From Eledone cirrhosa (taxonomy: Eukaryota), in assembly GCA_964016885.1 (NCBI GenBank), contig OZ024748.1:39804001-39868000 (forward strand): a DNA stretch of 64,000 nt, given 5' to 3'. Below are positions 22,707 through 36,091 of the stretch, piece by piece. Position 1 is the first letter of the stretch; each line of letters opens with the position of its first letter. The position numbers and the translations under genes were made by a program. Under the pieces are notes generated by a model. It was not told the DNA's origin, did no database searches, and saw only the letters and a list, made by a program, of their open reading frames with translations.

Positions 22707-25700
22707 TTTCTTTATTAGCCACAGGGGCACAAAAGAAGGGGAAAAATACAAAGGGGGAAGTTTACATACAATAAAAACGTGTAAAATGTTATCACAAATG
22801 CAATTTAAAAAGTTAGTCGATTTTCGCCAATAGAGGGAGACAGTTTATATGGGTAACACATACCCCCGAAAAAATGTGCAACCCTCATCTCCAGGAGTAC
22901 GAAGAGTTTGTACTCCTTTCCTCTCCTCCTCCTTTTCCTCAACCTAAAGGCTGATATAGAGAGAAAGCCCATTCACTCGGGCCATTCTCGCCACTTTCAC
23001 CCACCTTTCATAAAACTTGCTGGGGTACAGCACCTCTCTCTCCATCCTGATTCTTCTTCCAAAGTGGTATTTGAAAAAAAGAATCAGTTGTTGGCCGGAG
23101 AGAAAGGTGTCTGACCTCAGCCCTTTCAACCTTGTCCACCATACAACCTCTTTCGCCATAGCTATCACACAAATGAAGACCGCCTCTCCTTCGTTTTTGA
23201 AGGAGGGTGGCGGTTTGATCATGACAATGGACTCGGTGGTCAACCGGATTGGTCCCACCCGTGACAATAGTCGTTCTACATAGCCCCACAGGTCAGTGAC
23301 GCCCGGGCAGTGTATGAATGCGTGCGCGACGGTTTCTTCGTCTCGCACGCACCTCGGACAGATCTCTTTTGCAGGGTCCCTGCCCGTGCGCCCATGTCTG
23401 TAGAGCTTGTCTCGAACTGGTAGAGCTCCTCGGTAGCATTGCCAGGCCAGGGACTTTTGGAAGTTGTCCATCGGTCCCGGGCGGAAGGTCCTACCGAACA
23501 GACTGGCCAGTTCATCTTCCTCTACGCCCAAAGTTTTCCCGAGCGCGACGTCACACTTGCTGCGGATCAACCCTCTATAGAATGACGAAGTGGAGTCTCC
23601 ACTGATCGCCGGGTCCGCCTGCCAGAGGGCTGTGAGCGCCTGAGCACATTCGATGTGCCAGTCGCCCATTTTCCTCGGTCTTTGCTTGACCCAGGACTGC
23701 AGCTCGGTCAGCGAGACGAGTCGTGGGAAGGCTCGCCTCACGAACGGGACCCACACCGGTTGTCCGGTGAGGAATACGTAGAGATGCCGCAGCCTGAGCG
23801 CGTGTTTGCGCATCGTCAACCACGGCATCCCCAGCCCTCCGTTAGAAGGGTGTTGGCAGCAGATGGATCTTCTCACCAAAAGAGCCCGCCTCTTCCAAAG
23901 GAATTGGAAGAGCGCGCGCTCCATTTTGGCGAGCGTTTTGGCTGGACAAGGCACGACGGTCAAGCGGTAGTAGATGGCGTACGCTATAAAAGTGTTCGCC
24001 ACCTCCGCTCGACCTTTCAATGATAGTTTGCACTCGGCCCACTTCTGGGTGAGTGCAAATACCTTGGCCGTCACTTCGTTCCAGTTCTTCTCCACCTGGA
24101 GGTCCGGATCAAACCAGACCCCGAGCAGCTTTACCGGTCCTTTCGTCCAGCGTCTGACGACGCCATCGGAGGGCATCGGTTTGCCTCTCCACGATCCGAG
24201 TTGCAAACCGATGGACTTGTCCCGGTTCAGCTTCGCTCCTGTGAAACTTTCGTATTCCTTCAGTAAAGTGTCGACTTCCTCGATTTGCGAGGCGCTCGAC
24301 ACCATTACTTACACGTCGTCGGCGTAGGCCGACGCCGCTTTCCGCAGTCCCGGTTCCAGAGGGATGCCCTGCAATAGCTCCAACTTCCGCAGTAGTGGCT
24401 CGAGAGTCAGTACGTACAGAAGGGAGGAGAGAGGGCATCCCTGTCGAATGGATCGCGTAATATGGAACGGCTCCGAGAGGTAGCCGTTCACCTTGACCCT
24501 TGAGCAGATGTTGCAGTTGTGCATTGCAGCAATCTAGCCCCTGAACACGGGTCCGAAGCCTGCCGCCTCGAGCACCGCATCCAGGTAACGATGGTCAACC
24601 CTATCGAATGCCTTAGACTGATCCAAGTTGATCAGGGCCCCACCGAAGCCGGGTTTACACCCTACCCTCTCTATGATGTATCGCATGAGGTGGAGGTTGT
24701 CGTGTATGGACCTGGTCGGGATTGCGCATGTCTGCACTTCTCCCACCAGGTTCTCGACGACAAGCGCCAGCCTCTTTGCCAACACCTTGGCCAAAATCTG
24801 TAACTCTGTGTTTAGCAGAATTATGGGCCGGAAGTTGCCTATGTCATCCCCCTTATTCTCGTCCTTCCTGATTAGTGTGACCACACCCGCGGCTACAGAA
24901 CTGGGAATTCTCCCATTCTGTTGCCAGTTGCAGTAGACCGCTTCCAGGAGACCGGAGAATAAGTCCGGCATTGCTACGTAAAATTCGTAGGGTAGACCGT
25001 CGAGACCTGGAGATTTGCGTTTGCCGCATTGGCTCAGCGCGTCCCCTATCTCAGCGGCTGAAATCGGCTTTTCGCAGAACTTTGCCTCGCTGTCCGAGAG
25101 TCGCGGTAGGCCGTCGAGGTATGGACCGAAATCCATAGCCCCTCCCGGCGCGCCGCCCCTCCCGAACAGTTGAGCAAAATGCCGCTGAAAGGCCGCACAC
25201 ATCTGCTTCGGCTCACGTATCACGCGTCCGTTTTGGTCCTTCAAAGACCGAATCGTGGACTTGTTGCCACTTTTTGCCTCCGTCACTCGGGCCCAGCTAA
25301 CATCTTTGGCTCCCTCGTTTCCCAGAGCACGTATTTTGCTTCTGACAACGCAGCCCTCGTGCTTTGCGTCGAAGAACTGGTCCAAGGCCGTTATCGTTGC
25401 TAGCACGCTGGCTACGTTGCCACTTCTAATTGCCTCTTCTACTTTATCTACCAGTTCCTTCTCGGTTCTATTTCTATCTAACGCTAATTCTTTACTAAAA
25501 ATTAACGAGTCTAATCTAACTGCCCTCTTGAGAGAGTACCACCATCTGTTGTTGACAATGGCCCCTGTCAAGTGCTGTTTAACTAAAGTGCTAATCCGCC
25601 TACTGTAAGTGTAAGTGTAATTTTCTTGTGTTGTGTTTGTTTTTGTCTGTAGTTCTTGTGTGTGCTTTCGTTTTGTTGTAGGTATTTTGTTTTCAGGAGG

Positions 25701-26290
25701 TGGGGGTTTTGTTTGTGATGTTTTTGTTGTTTGTGTTGGTGGTTGTATGTTTGTGGTAGTGTTTGCTGGTTTTTTGCTTTTGTGATGTCTTTTCTTTCTT
25801 TTCAAGCGATGGGGTTCTCCCTCGTCTTCACTGGGTGATGGCGAGATAGCCTCATCTGTTGTATCGTCTGTGTGATTGGAGAGGGGTATGTCTTGGGGAG
25901 CTGTTGTGTCTGTATGTGATTTTGCAGTGGTTTTAGGTGGAGTGGGGTTGGGTGGGACTGTGTTTGTTGTGGTTATTTTTGTGTGTTGGCGTTGTTGTTG
26001 TGGTGGTGGTGTTGGTGGTTGTGTTGTTTTGATGGGTGTCGGCAGAAGAGCCTTTTTTTTATTCATTAATTTAGGACAGGAAGCCCTCAGGTGACCCCTG
26101 CTAAAGCAATGGTAACATGAAGGCCACCTACCCTCAACCGAAAAGTTTATGTAAGTGAGTCCGTCCAGGAGTACACGTTGTGGGATCATAGCTATTCGCT
26201 CTGGGCTCATTTGCACCAGAACTTCAATGCTAGTCCCATTGAATACATCTCTGGGGGACTTGCCTACTGACAGTATTCTGTCACTACCAA
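22707..26290 (-). mobile_element. Second Tx1/L1 element, 5'-truncated and internally deleted (ORF1 tail fused to RT, APE missing)
   Basis: ORF 24534-26216 joins CYHCFSRGHLRASC and a P/T-rich linker to the post-APE part of ORF2; RT and C-terminus at 22944-24524; AATAAA tail at ~22712. Confidence 0.88.
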
Positions 26291-26607
26291 CGCTTGATTG
26301 GGTCTACTCCACCCCCTCCCCTCTTTTTCCTACTGGCAGGTTTAGCCACCATCTCCCCTAATAATTTGCAATCACAGAATTACTACTGACTTTTGACAAT
26401 CACTTTGACCATATATGGAATTACCCCTTGAGAAGATCGGCTATTTAAATACCAGGATAAATTTTCATTTAGTCCAGAATTAGCCGTCGAAACGGCTTGA
26501 GCTCAGCCGTCGGGGTCTTACTGGTTCCTATTACCCACTCTACTACCCCAAGTATTGAGTACTTTGGTGTGTTATGGTCCACCTGGTTCCTTACCACATT
26601 TCCTTCG

Positions 26608-26683
<76 letters not shown>

Positions 26684-26822
26684 GTTAAAATACTGGAGCG
26701 TGTTGGAGTAAAACAATATTATAGAAATGACAGTAAGAGGTATAGCTCAATGTAATTAAACAGAGCCGAAGAATTATGAAAGTAAAACAAAGAAGCCTTC
26801 AATACATCAAAAGTCTTTAATA

Positions 26823-26860
26823 GCCAACAATGTTTCGTCCTATTAAGGACTCATCAGGGC
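26823..26860 (-). ncRNA. Minimal type I hammerhead ribozyme
   Basis: Reverse complement GCC-CTGATGA-GTCC(TTAATA)GGAC-GAAA-CATTG-TT-GGC. Confidence 0.8.
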
Positions 26861-28534
26861 AAATAAAACAACAAGAAGTATTATCGGCCAATACAAGCCA
26901 GAAACTCCGAAGAATATGGAGTGTACATACACTAAAGTATTGCAAGATTATGGGTAAAAATATATAATAAAAATTACCAAGGAGGAGTATAACATTTAGA
27001 ACCATATTACAAATATAGTCCAAAGCAAAAACAATCCTAGAGCTAAACAAAGGTGGTTATATAGAGCAGGTATTATATATAATACAATATAATATAATAT
27101 AATATAATATACCAATATTAAAATTACAATAAAAATCAAAAGGTACAATATACATATGTATATATATACGCACACGTACGCACATATACACATACATCAA
27201 TACACATATCCATCTTCAACAGCACAAATTAAACCTTATTAAGAGTTTAAATATAAATAAGCATGATAGGAATAAAAATAATAATAATAATAATACATAT
27301 ACCCAATATACATGAGGTAATAATATGATATTATTATAAGTAGCACATATAATATATAATAAGCTATACAATTATATACTATATAATATAATATAATAGA
27401 ATAGATAGTCTCCGGTTAATTTACACAAACAATATAGATGTCACAATAATACTATAATAATAATATAATATAATAACATATATAATATACAATATATAAT
27501 GGCATTGAAGTTAACAAATCAATTCATATAGAGTTACAGAGTAGGTGAGGAAAATAAATTGTACAATATCCAAAATTATGATGGTACAAAAATATAAACA
27601 TCGTACATGGTATATAAAGTTTAACATATCACATTGTTACATATAATCAACGGTAAGTAATAAGGATCGATGGTCCTATAACCAATACAATATAAAATAA
27701 TTAACATAATATAATATATAATTACTTATAATTACAAGGTTGGTAAACAGACAAAAATATATGTGGATGAGTGAGTAAGGGCCAGACAGTAAATATAAAG
27801 CACAGTAGTATTACAAATAAAATAAAATAAAATAAAATAAATAGATAGAATCAGCCGGAAATTAAAAAACAAAAACAAAAGTATACATTCAGGTCTCACA
27901 TGCCGTTAAGTAAAAACTTAGGAAATAACCCCGGTAAATGACTCGAAAACCCTATTTGATAAATTAATATTAAAAAATGCTTCAAATATCCAATAAGGCA
28001 ATACTATATTAGCTATGGTTTAAGTAATCAAAGTTTATAAACGTTAATATTTCATTACAAATATTTACAAAAAGGAATGACATTTTTTACTATCATATAC
28101 ATAACGATATCTAAAAAACTGACTTAAGCAGAATTATGGTAGGCTAATAGGGACAGAAATAGAGAAATATATGGAGGATACAAAGGGGCATAAAATCATA
28201 GTCCATATACTATATTAAATATTAGAAAGGAGCGTAAAAGATGGGGGAGGATTAAATATAATTATAATCAATTTGGAGGGGTTGACAATAAGTTTATGTG
28301 CGCATGGGGGGAGGGGGGGGGTTATCCAAAGAAGAATCCAAATAAAAATAAAAATAAAATAAAATAAAATAAAGAAAAGTGAAATAAAATAAAATAATGT
28401 AAAATATATAATCAGATATATACTCATAAGGTGTTAATAGTGAAAATTTAATGCGTAAGAAGATAGATATGGTATAGTAGCCAAAAGATTATGAGAGCTA
28501 GAATAAAGAGTTGTCAAAAACCAATGATAATAAT

Positions 28535-28674
28535 TGTTTCTACTTTTTGGCACAAGGCCAGCAATTACCCAGTACATTACTGGTACTTTATTTTATCGAC
28601 CCCGAAAGGATGAAAGGCAAAGTTAACCTCGGCAGGATTTGAACTCGGATCAGAAAGGGGCGTAACTCGGTACT
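28535..28674 (-). mobile_element. SINE family A, 5'-truncated, with 19 bp target-site duplication
   Basis: Flanked by AAAAACCAATGATAATAAT at 28516 and 28675. Confidence 0.85.
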
Positions 28675-29086
28675 AAAAACCAATGATAATAATGATGATA
28701 ATAATGGTGGTAAACAAAAAACAAAAAGAATCTAAACTAAAAAATAAGTAATGGAACATATCAGCTAACGGATACAATTTATAGTACTAGAACCTTTAGG
28801 TTTATAATAAAAGTAAGAATTAGAAATAACGTGGGGGCAAGAAGAGAATATCTCAGACTTTCTATTAAGTAAGGATTCGCTAGAGAAAATTATAGAGTGT
28901 GTCTCGAGGATACAGAGATTACAAAATTTAGTATATATATATAGTAATAAGCAGCGATTCTTTGCTTAAACTTTTGTATATATATATAGAGAGAGAGATA
29001 CATATAGATATAGATATATGTATATGTGTATATATGTGTGTGTATATGTATATATGTGTGTATATATATATGTATATATAAGTTTA

Positions 29087-29336
29087 ATCTAACCCTAACT
29101 CTAACCCTACCTCTAAATTTAAGTTTAATTCTAAACCTAACCCTAACCCTAACTCTAACTCTAACCCTAACCCTAACTCTAACTCTAACCCTAACTCTAA
29201 CCCTAACTCTAAACCTAACCCTAACTCTAACTCTAAACCTAACTCTAGCCCTACCTCTAACCCTAACTCTAAATCTAACTCCAACCCTACCTCTAACTCT
29301 AAACCTACCTCTAACTCTAACCCTACCTCTAACTCT
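29087..29336 (-). repeat. Degenerate telomere-like (CCCTAA/CTCTAA)n tract
   Basis: Hexamer repeats. Confidence 0.85.
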
Positions 29337-29349
29337 CCGGCCATTCCCT

Positions 29350-29748
29350 GGTTAACTTTTTCAAGTTTCACTTGAAGAGGAAAATCAAGGTGGAGAGGCA
29401 AGTGCTGTCTTCTAGTAAGTTTGTTGAAAGGTGGGTGAAAGTGGCGAGTCTAGTCCGAGTGAACGGGCCCGCTCTGAGGATGCACCTGTAGACTGAGGAG
29501 TGGGAAAACTGAGAGAGGGCGCTTGCCCTGGTGGTCAGGGTGGCCGTGATCTTTTGTGTGGTTTTCGCCACGAGTGACCCTCTGAGATTTCCCCCTTTTG
29601 GGGGAATTTTTGTTGTTTGAATTTTTTTTTTTCTAACTTGTTATAACCTTTTTACACGGCCAAAACCCACTTTGTATTGTCGTGTACTGTTCTGTGCCGT
29701 CTGTAATGTTTTTCTTCCTGTTAGCCCTTGTGGCCAATAAAGAAACCA
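29350..29748 (+). mobile_element. Tx1/L1 3' end fragment
   Basis: Homologous to the ORF2 end (FF..H..RKIKVER..KFVERWVKVA..VRVNGP) and 3' UTR ending GCCAATAAAGAAA. Confidence 0.8.
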
Positions 29749-29754
29749 TTATTA

Positions 29755-30156
29755 AGGGTCGGACACCATGCTTTGACGCATAGTTACGGCCCTTGCCATT
29801 CTGAGTTCAAATCCCGCCGAGGTTAACTTTGCCTTTCATTCTTACGGGGTCGATAAAATAAAGTACCAGTCACGCACTGGGGTCGATTTAATCGACTTTC
29901 CCCTCCCCCAGAATTGCTGGCCTTGTGCCTATAGAAGAAATCATTATTATTATTGTTCTGGGCGGTGGATTGGCAGTATCGGTAGAGGGTCGGACGCCAT
30001 GCTTTCCAGTTAAGTTACGTCCCTTTACGATCTGAGTTCAAATCCCGCCGAGGTTGACTTTGCCTTTCATCCTTACGGGGTCGATAAAATAAAGTACCAG
30101 TAATGAACTGGATAATTTCTGGCCTTGTGCCTAAAGTAGAAACAATTATTATTATT
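29755..30156 (+). mobile_element. Two tandem SINE family A copies
   Basis: A-box-like TGGCAGTATCGG, B-box GAGTTCAAATCC, shared core and (TTA)n tails. Confidence 0.85.
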
Positions 30157-31940
30157 GTTCCTTGAGACTCAGTCATTGATGTTATTTAACTGGAAAGTTT
30201 GTTGAAATGAATATCAAGCCGCTACCTGCAGCCTCAGATATTCAGGACGTATTGGAGGGTTCTTGCTGTTCCCAGCAAGCATGCCTTTTGAAGTGTTCCA
30301 AAAAGCGGGGCTGGACTAATCTTCTTTAACCATCCTTGGAAACTCTTTGAGATAGTACCTAGTGCGCCTATGACAATCGGGACGACCTTGATTTCATGGC
30401 AGTTCCAAATCCTTTTTAACTCTCACTTTAAGTCCTGATATCGGTTAATTTTCTCCCTCTCCTTTTCTTGTACTCTCGTGAAAAATGGGCAGGCTACATC
30501 TACAATCAGGCACGATCTTTTTTCCTTGTCCAAAACCACCAGGTCAGGTCTATTGTGTTCTAATTTCTTGTCCGTCTGTATCCTAAAATCCCACAGCACC
30601 TTCACCTGATCGTTTTCTATCACCGACTCTGGCTTATGCTCATGCCACTTCTCAGAATGTGGTAAATTGTTTCCTTTGTATAGATGCCAGTGGATCACCC
30701 TGCCCATCACATCATGTCTCCAGCCTTTATAGTGAGTCTGGGCTTGGTGTTTACACTCGGATACAATGTGAGTCTCAGTCTCCTCTCTCTCCACAGATCC
30801 TACACATTGGACTAGCCTCCTTGTAAATATGGCGTTTCACCCACTTCGTTCTGAGGGCCTGCTCTTGCGCAGCCATTAGCATTCCTTCTGTAGCTTTTTT
30901 AAGGTCTCCTCTTTTTAACCAGTTCCATGTCTGTGGATCTCTAAATTCAGTTTTCCTAAAGAAGGTACTATGAAGGGATATTTCATGAAGGTTGCTCTTC
31001 CTCCTTGTTGTTATTTCCTCCTTGGACATCCCCTGGTCTATTGTCTTCTCCTTCAGTACAATTTTGAGCATTGGCTCCTTACTGTCAGTCGCGTATTTGT
31101 GCAGGTTGTTTTTCTCCATCTGAACACAGTCCTCTATGCTGATAAGACCTCTTCCACCTTCAGATATCCTTAAGTCGAGTCTATCGACATCACTCCTCTT
31201 GTGGAACATGTTGTAGATAGTCAATAGCTTCCTAGTCTTTCTATCCATTTCTTTTTGTTCAGCAACATTCTATTTCAGAATAGACACAGCTCGGGAATTC
31301 ACTGCACTTATGACATTCCTACTGTTCAGGTGTGACTTTAATACGCTCCTTACTCTCCTTATGTACTCAGATCTTATCAATTCCTTCATTTTTTTGTTCT
31401 TGATGTCATCTGCCTCCCGAACACCTAAATATTTGTATCCTTCTTCAGTGTCAATTTCCTTTATCATCTCATCTGTTGGTACATGGATTCCGTTGCTTCT
31501 GCTCAATTTACCCCTCTTCATCACTAGGACTCCACACTTATTAATACCAAATTGCATACATATATCATTGCTGAAAATACGGACAGTGTCAACAAGCACA
31601 TCCAACTCCTTCTCACTCTTCCCGAAGAGCTTAAGTTCGTCCATGAAGAGGAGGTGATTGATGGTAAGCTCTCCTTTTCCCAACTTGTATCCTGCTCTCA
31701 CTTTTCGCAATATAATGGTCAGGGGTATCAAGGCAAGGACAAACAGCAGAGGGGACAAACTCTCTCCCTGGAAGATACCTCTCTTGATCTTCACGCCTCC
31801 CAAGGATTCTCCACTCGATGTTAACTCTGTTTCTCAGGACTTCATACTTTTGCTCAACAACTGTCTGATGTTATCTGCCACCTTGAAGATCTCTAGGCTT
31901 TTGGTGATCCAAGAATGAGGTACCATGTCGAATAGCTTTT
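30157..31940 (-). mobile_element. R4/Dong-clade (RLE) non-LTR retrotransposon, 5'-truncated and frameshifted
   Basis: RGIFQGESLSPLLF, HLLFMDELKL, GGRGL, CRICG..ETETHIVSEC, RHD, LWDFRIQTDK..HNRPDLV..IVDVACP..EKI.RY; (TAA)n 3' flank. Confidence 0.88.
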
Positions 31941-31973
31941 AGCAGTAGCAGTAGTAATGTTATTATTAAAATT

Positions 31974-32167
31974 GCCAGTGGATTGGCAGTATCGGTAGAG
32001 GGTCGGACGCCCTGCTTTATAGCAAAGAGTTACGGCCCTTTATGTTCTGAGTTCAAATCCCGCCGAGGTTAACTTTGCCTTTCATCCTTACGGGGTCGAT
32101 AAAATAAAGTACCAGTAATACACTGGAATAATTGCTGGCCTTGTGCCAAAAGTAGAAACAATTATTA
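31974..32167 (+). mobile_element. SINE family A
   Basis: Full head, core and tail. Confidence 0.85.
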
Positions 32168-32502
32168 AAATTGCCTTTTCTATATCCTACACTGTTACGT
32201 AAACCCTCCCTTTTCTATCGCCTCTCTCTCTTTCTTTCTGCCTCAATACATACATACAGACAGACACACACACGCTATCTATCTAGGACATAATTATTCC
32301 ACGATCGACAAGTAACAGTACACAATAGCGCACTTATGACAGGCCAGAGATTTGCGTGGGAGGTGATCTACCATAAATAACATCAATTCTACGAAACATC
32401 TGCCAAACCAACAAGAAACAGCCATGGACTTCTCCGATCTGTAAGAAAATCTTCTTTTCAATATTTTTTTCGAAATTATATATATGTGTATATATATATA
32501 TG

Positions 32503-32595
<93 letters not shown>

Positions 32596-32662
32596 CGGCG
32601 ATGAATTAGTTTTGCGAGGTTTTTTATATGAAATCGTGTGTCGAAACAAATATTGTTATACT

Positions 32663-33428
32663 TGGGGAGGGTCATATTTGTGTAACATTGCCAGAATTAA
32701 TAACAGAACACACTCACTGTTTGGTTGGTTTTCGCTTCTCGCTGTCTTTTATATCGGTAATCTAAATTACTCGGTCCTCAATGTTGCCATTGACTGACCG
32801 ACGGTCAAAAATAATACAGATACAATATAGACACAAACACATATATATAGTTTATCATAAATCTTTCGTTGCACATCTGCAACATCGTTAGTGGTGTTAT
32901 ATTTTCCTCCTGTTGTGTTGTATGTCTACGCCATTTTTATTCAGTCTGTCTATATATTTATTTATTTATTTGCTTGTTTGTTTATTTTATTTCGTCTTCT
33001 TTGCGCATGCGTTTGCGTGTGTGTATAGTGTTATGTTTGCTGTGTGATGGGTGACTAGTGTGTGTTTATGTGCTTGTTGTTATTGTGCTTGTGTATGTAT
33101 TTATTTATTTATTTATCTTATTTTATTAACTTATTTATACTTCTCTTAGGTCAGTATTGTTTGTTTGGGTGTTGTTGTTATTCCATTCATTCTTTCTGTT
33201 TAGCTTTGGTCTTCTAATTTCTATTTCACTGGCCTCTCTGATTTGCCTATCTGCTGGGTCATTTCTATGTTTAGATATTATTCTAATTTCTATGTTGTCT
33301 ATGTTACCGTCATGTTGTTGTCTAGCATGTTCGTATAGTACTGAGTACTATACGAACATGCTAGACATCAACATGATGGTAACATAGACAACATATTCTG
33401 GCAATATTACACAAATATGACCCTCCCC

Positions 33429-33429
<1 letters not shown>
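32663..33429. mobile_element. Non-autonomous element with ~34 bp inverted termini and a long internal hairpin
   Basis: TGGGGAGGGTCATATTTGTGTAACATTGCCAGAAT ... ATTCTGGCAATATTACACAAATATGACCCTCCCCA; 51 bp stem at 33291-33395. Confidence 0.7.
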
Positions 33430-33475
<46 letters not shown>

Positions 33476-33505
33476 CGTGTATATATATATGTATATATGT
33501 ATATA

Positions 33506-33615
<110 letters not shown>

Positions 33616-33623
33616 CATACATA

Positions 33624-34311
33624 CGGGGGTTGGACAAAATAATGGAAACACCTAGCATCATAGAATCATAATTTGGAAATATCTATAAAACCGTCAAAAG
33701 CTTGTTTATTTTTATTGTTCTCGGGGTGGTCATTAATTTTGGTAGTAATTTTGGTAGTAATTTTGGTAGTAATTTTGGTAGTAATTTTGGTAGTAATTTT
33801 GGTAGTAATTTTGGTAGTAATTTTGGTAGTAATTTTGGTAGTAATTTTGGTAGTAATTTGGCAGTAATTTTGGGAGCTGTACTTTTGTGATCCTTTCTAA
33901 CAATTCGCGTAAGAGTCCGACGGTATCTATCTGAAAGTTTTGGTTTTCTTCCGGAGTTTTGTTTCGACGAGGAGATTTTTCCCTCTTTCTCAAAGACTGT
34001 CATTACTTTCGAGACAGTACTTCTTGATACACCAAACATTTCGGCTGTTTTCGTTACGCTAGCGCCTGCCATACGAGCACCAACAATTTGACCTCTTTGA
34101 AAGTCCGATAGATCTGTCATTTTAATGAATTTTAATTACCTTTTTCTGATGATATCTGGAGAGAAACAGCAATTTTAACAAATCATATTAAGCAACACTA
34201 ATAATAAATATAAAAAAACATAAAAATAAACAATCTTTTGACGGTTTTATAGATATTTCAAAATTATGATGCTATGATGCTAGGTGTTTCCATTATTTTG
34301 TCGAACCCCTG
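33624..34311 (-). mobile_element. Tc1-like DNA transposon, internally deleted, with a 12 bp minisatellite expansion
   Basis: ~90 bp TIRs (C.GGGGTT.GACAAAATAATGGAAACACC), TA flanks, paired-type HTH MTDLSDFQRGQIVGAR..GRKPKLS; (AATTTTGGTAGT)n at 33735-33870. Confidence 0.9.
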
Positions 34312-34354
34312 TATATATATATATATACATAATGTATAATATATATACATAATG

Positions 34355-34443
<89 letters not shown>

Positions 34444-34497
34444 ATATATATAGTGACGAAACATAAGTCAATTGCATGAACTCATAATCCTTTATTT

Positions 34498-34553
34498 ACT
34501 GCTATATATATTTCGATGATAGCCATTGAGTGGCTATGACCTCATCAGGCAGT
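34498..34553 (-). ncRNA. Minimal type I hammerhead ribozyme
   Basis: Reverse complement ACTGC-CTGATGA-GGTCATAGCCA(CTCAA)TGGCTATCATC-GAAA-TATATA-TA-GCAGT. Confidence 0.85.
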
Positions 34554-34621
34554 TAGTAAGTTCTTAGATATGCCAGCTCTGTGCTTATGGTGTTGATTGT
34601 ATCAGAGCCTTGGGGCATATC

Positions 34622-34677
<56 letters not shown>

Positions 34678-34730
34678 ATGTATAATATATATATATAATG
34701 TATAGCTATACACTGTATATATAATCATAC

Positions 34731-34822
<92 letters not shown>

Positions 34823-34839
34823 CATATTCCAGCATAGCT

Positions 34840-34951
34840 ACGTCCGTTAACGATCTTAGTTCAAATCCCGACGAGGTTGACTTTGCCTTTCATCCTTACT
34901 GGGTCGATAAAATAAAGAAGCAGTAATGTACTGGGTAATTGCTGGCCTTGT
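34840..34951 (+). mobile_element. SINE family A, partial
   Basis: Core match. Confidence 0.75.
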
Positions 34952-35267
34952 GCCAAAAAGATGAAACAATTATATATATATATAATATATAATATAGATA
35001 TGTATATATATAATGTAGTGTGTGTTAGTGTGTATATATGTATGTATATATATATACATGTGTGTGTGTGTAACAATTGTTCTCGGTATGGTGAACTAAC
35101 TGTTGTGTTAAAGGGTGAAAGCAGCGATTCTTTGCTTAAACTTTAATCTGTTATTTTAATAAATATTTCCTCTAGGGTTCTTATATATTTGATATATATT
35201 TATCCTTATCGAGCCCTCTTTGGATTTTAGTCTTCATATTTATTATTATTATTACTATATATATATA

Positions 35268-36091
35268 CTAGCTGAGGTTCCCGGTTATACCCGGGAGCGG
35301 GAGTATTCCCAGTTCCCATTAAAATGCCCAATGCCTCTCAGACTAAAAATGAAATACAAATATACGACAGATAATCAAAAGCGAAGACAAATTCATTTAC
35401 GAAACAATAATACAAACAAATATTGTTGATTACATTGGTCAGGTGAAAATATGTTCGTCAGAGAAGTTGAGTGTTGCTATAAATAAACAAATAGAACCCC
35501 ATTAGGGTGTCTCAATATTATTGACATTTGCTGAAATTTTGTGAATAAGTATCATATCTTGTCATTTACCTATGATTTAAATTTCATATAAATCGAAGGG
35601 AAAACATTTTCAGTGGGGGTTTTCAACGGGGTTTTGTGCCCCTAGGGACCCTTTGATTAAAATGAAATATACTTATCGAAGTACCCTGGGCAATGTAGTT
35701 TTAAAATATATATGGTTATGGGGGTCTATCTCCAAAAAGCATAGGAGGAGTTCGTGAAATCTTGTTCCATTTATTGGCCAAAATGTTCACTATAGGGGGT
35801 TTAACCCCCAATAGGGTGTCTTAATATTATTGAAATTTGCTGAATTTTTGTGAATAGGCATCATATCTTGTCATTTACCTATTGTTTAAATTTCTTATAA
35901 ATCGATGGGAAAAAATTAAGCGGGGGTTTTCAGCAGAGGTTTGAACACCCGGGGAACCCTTTGATTAAAATGAAATATACGTAAGAAATCAAATGGGCAT
36001 GAGGCCCCACACACGTGTCAAGCTACATCAAGATCCGTTTGTTAGTTTTTGAGTTTTAGGTTCACAAACAAACAAACAGACAGACATTGCC

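Noticed and set aside
29960-30050. tRNA genes
   Set aside because: The A/B boxes belong to SINE heads; no cloverleaf can be supported.
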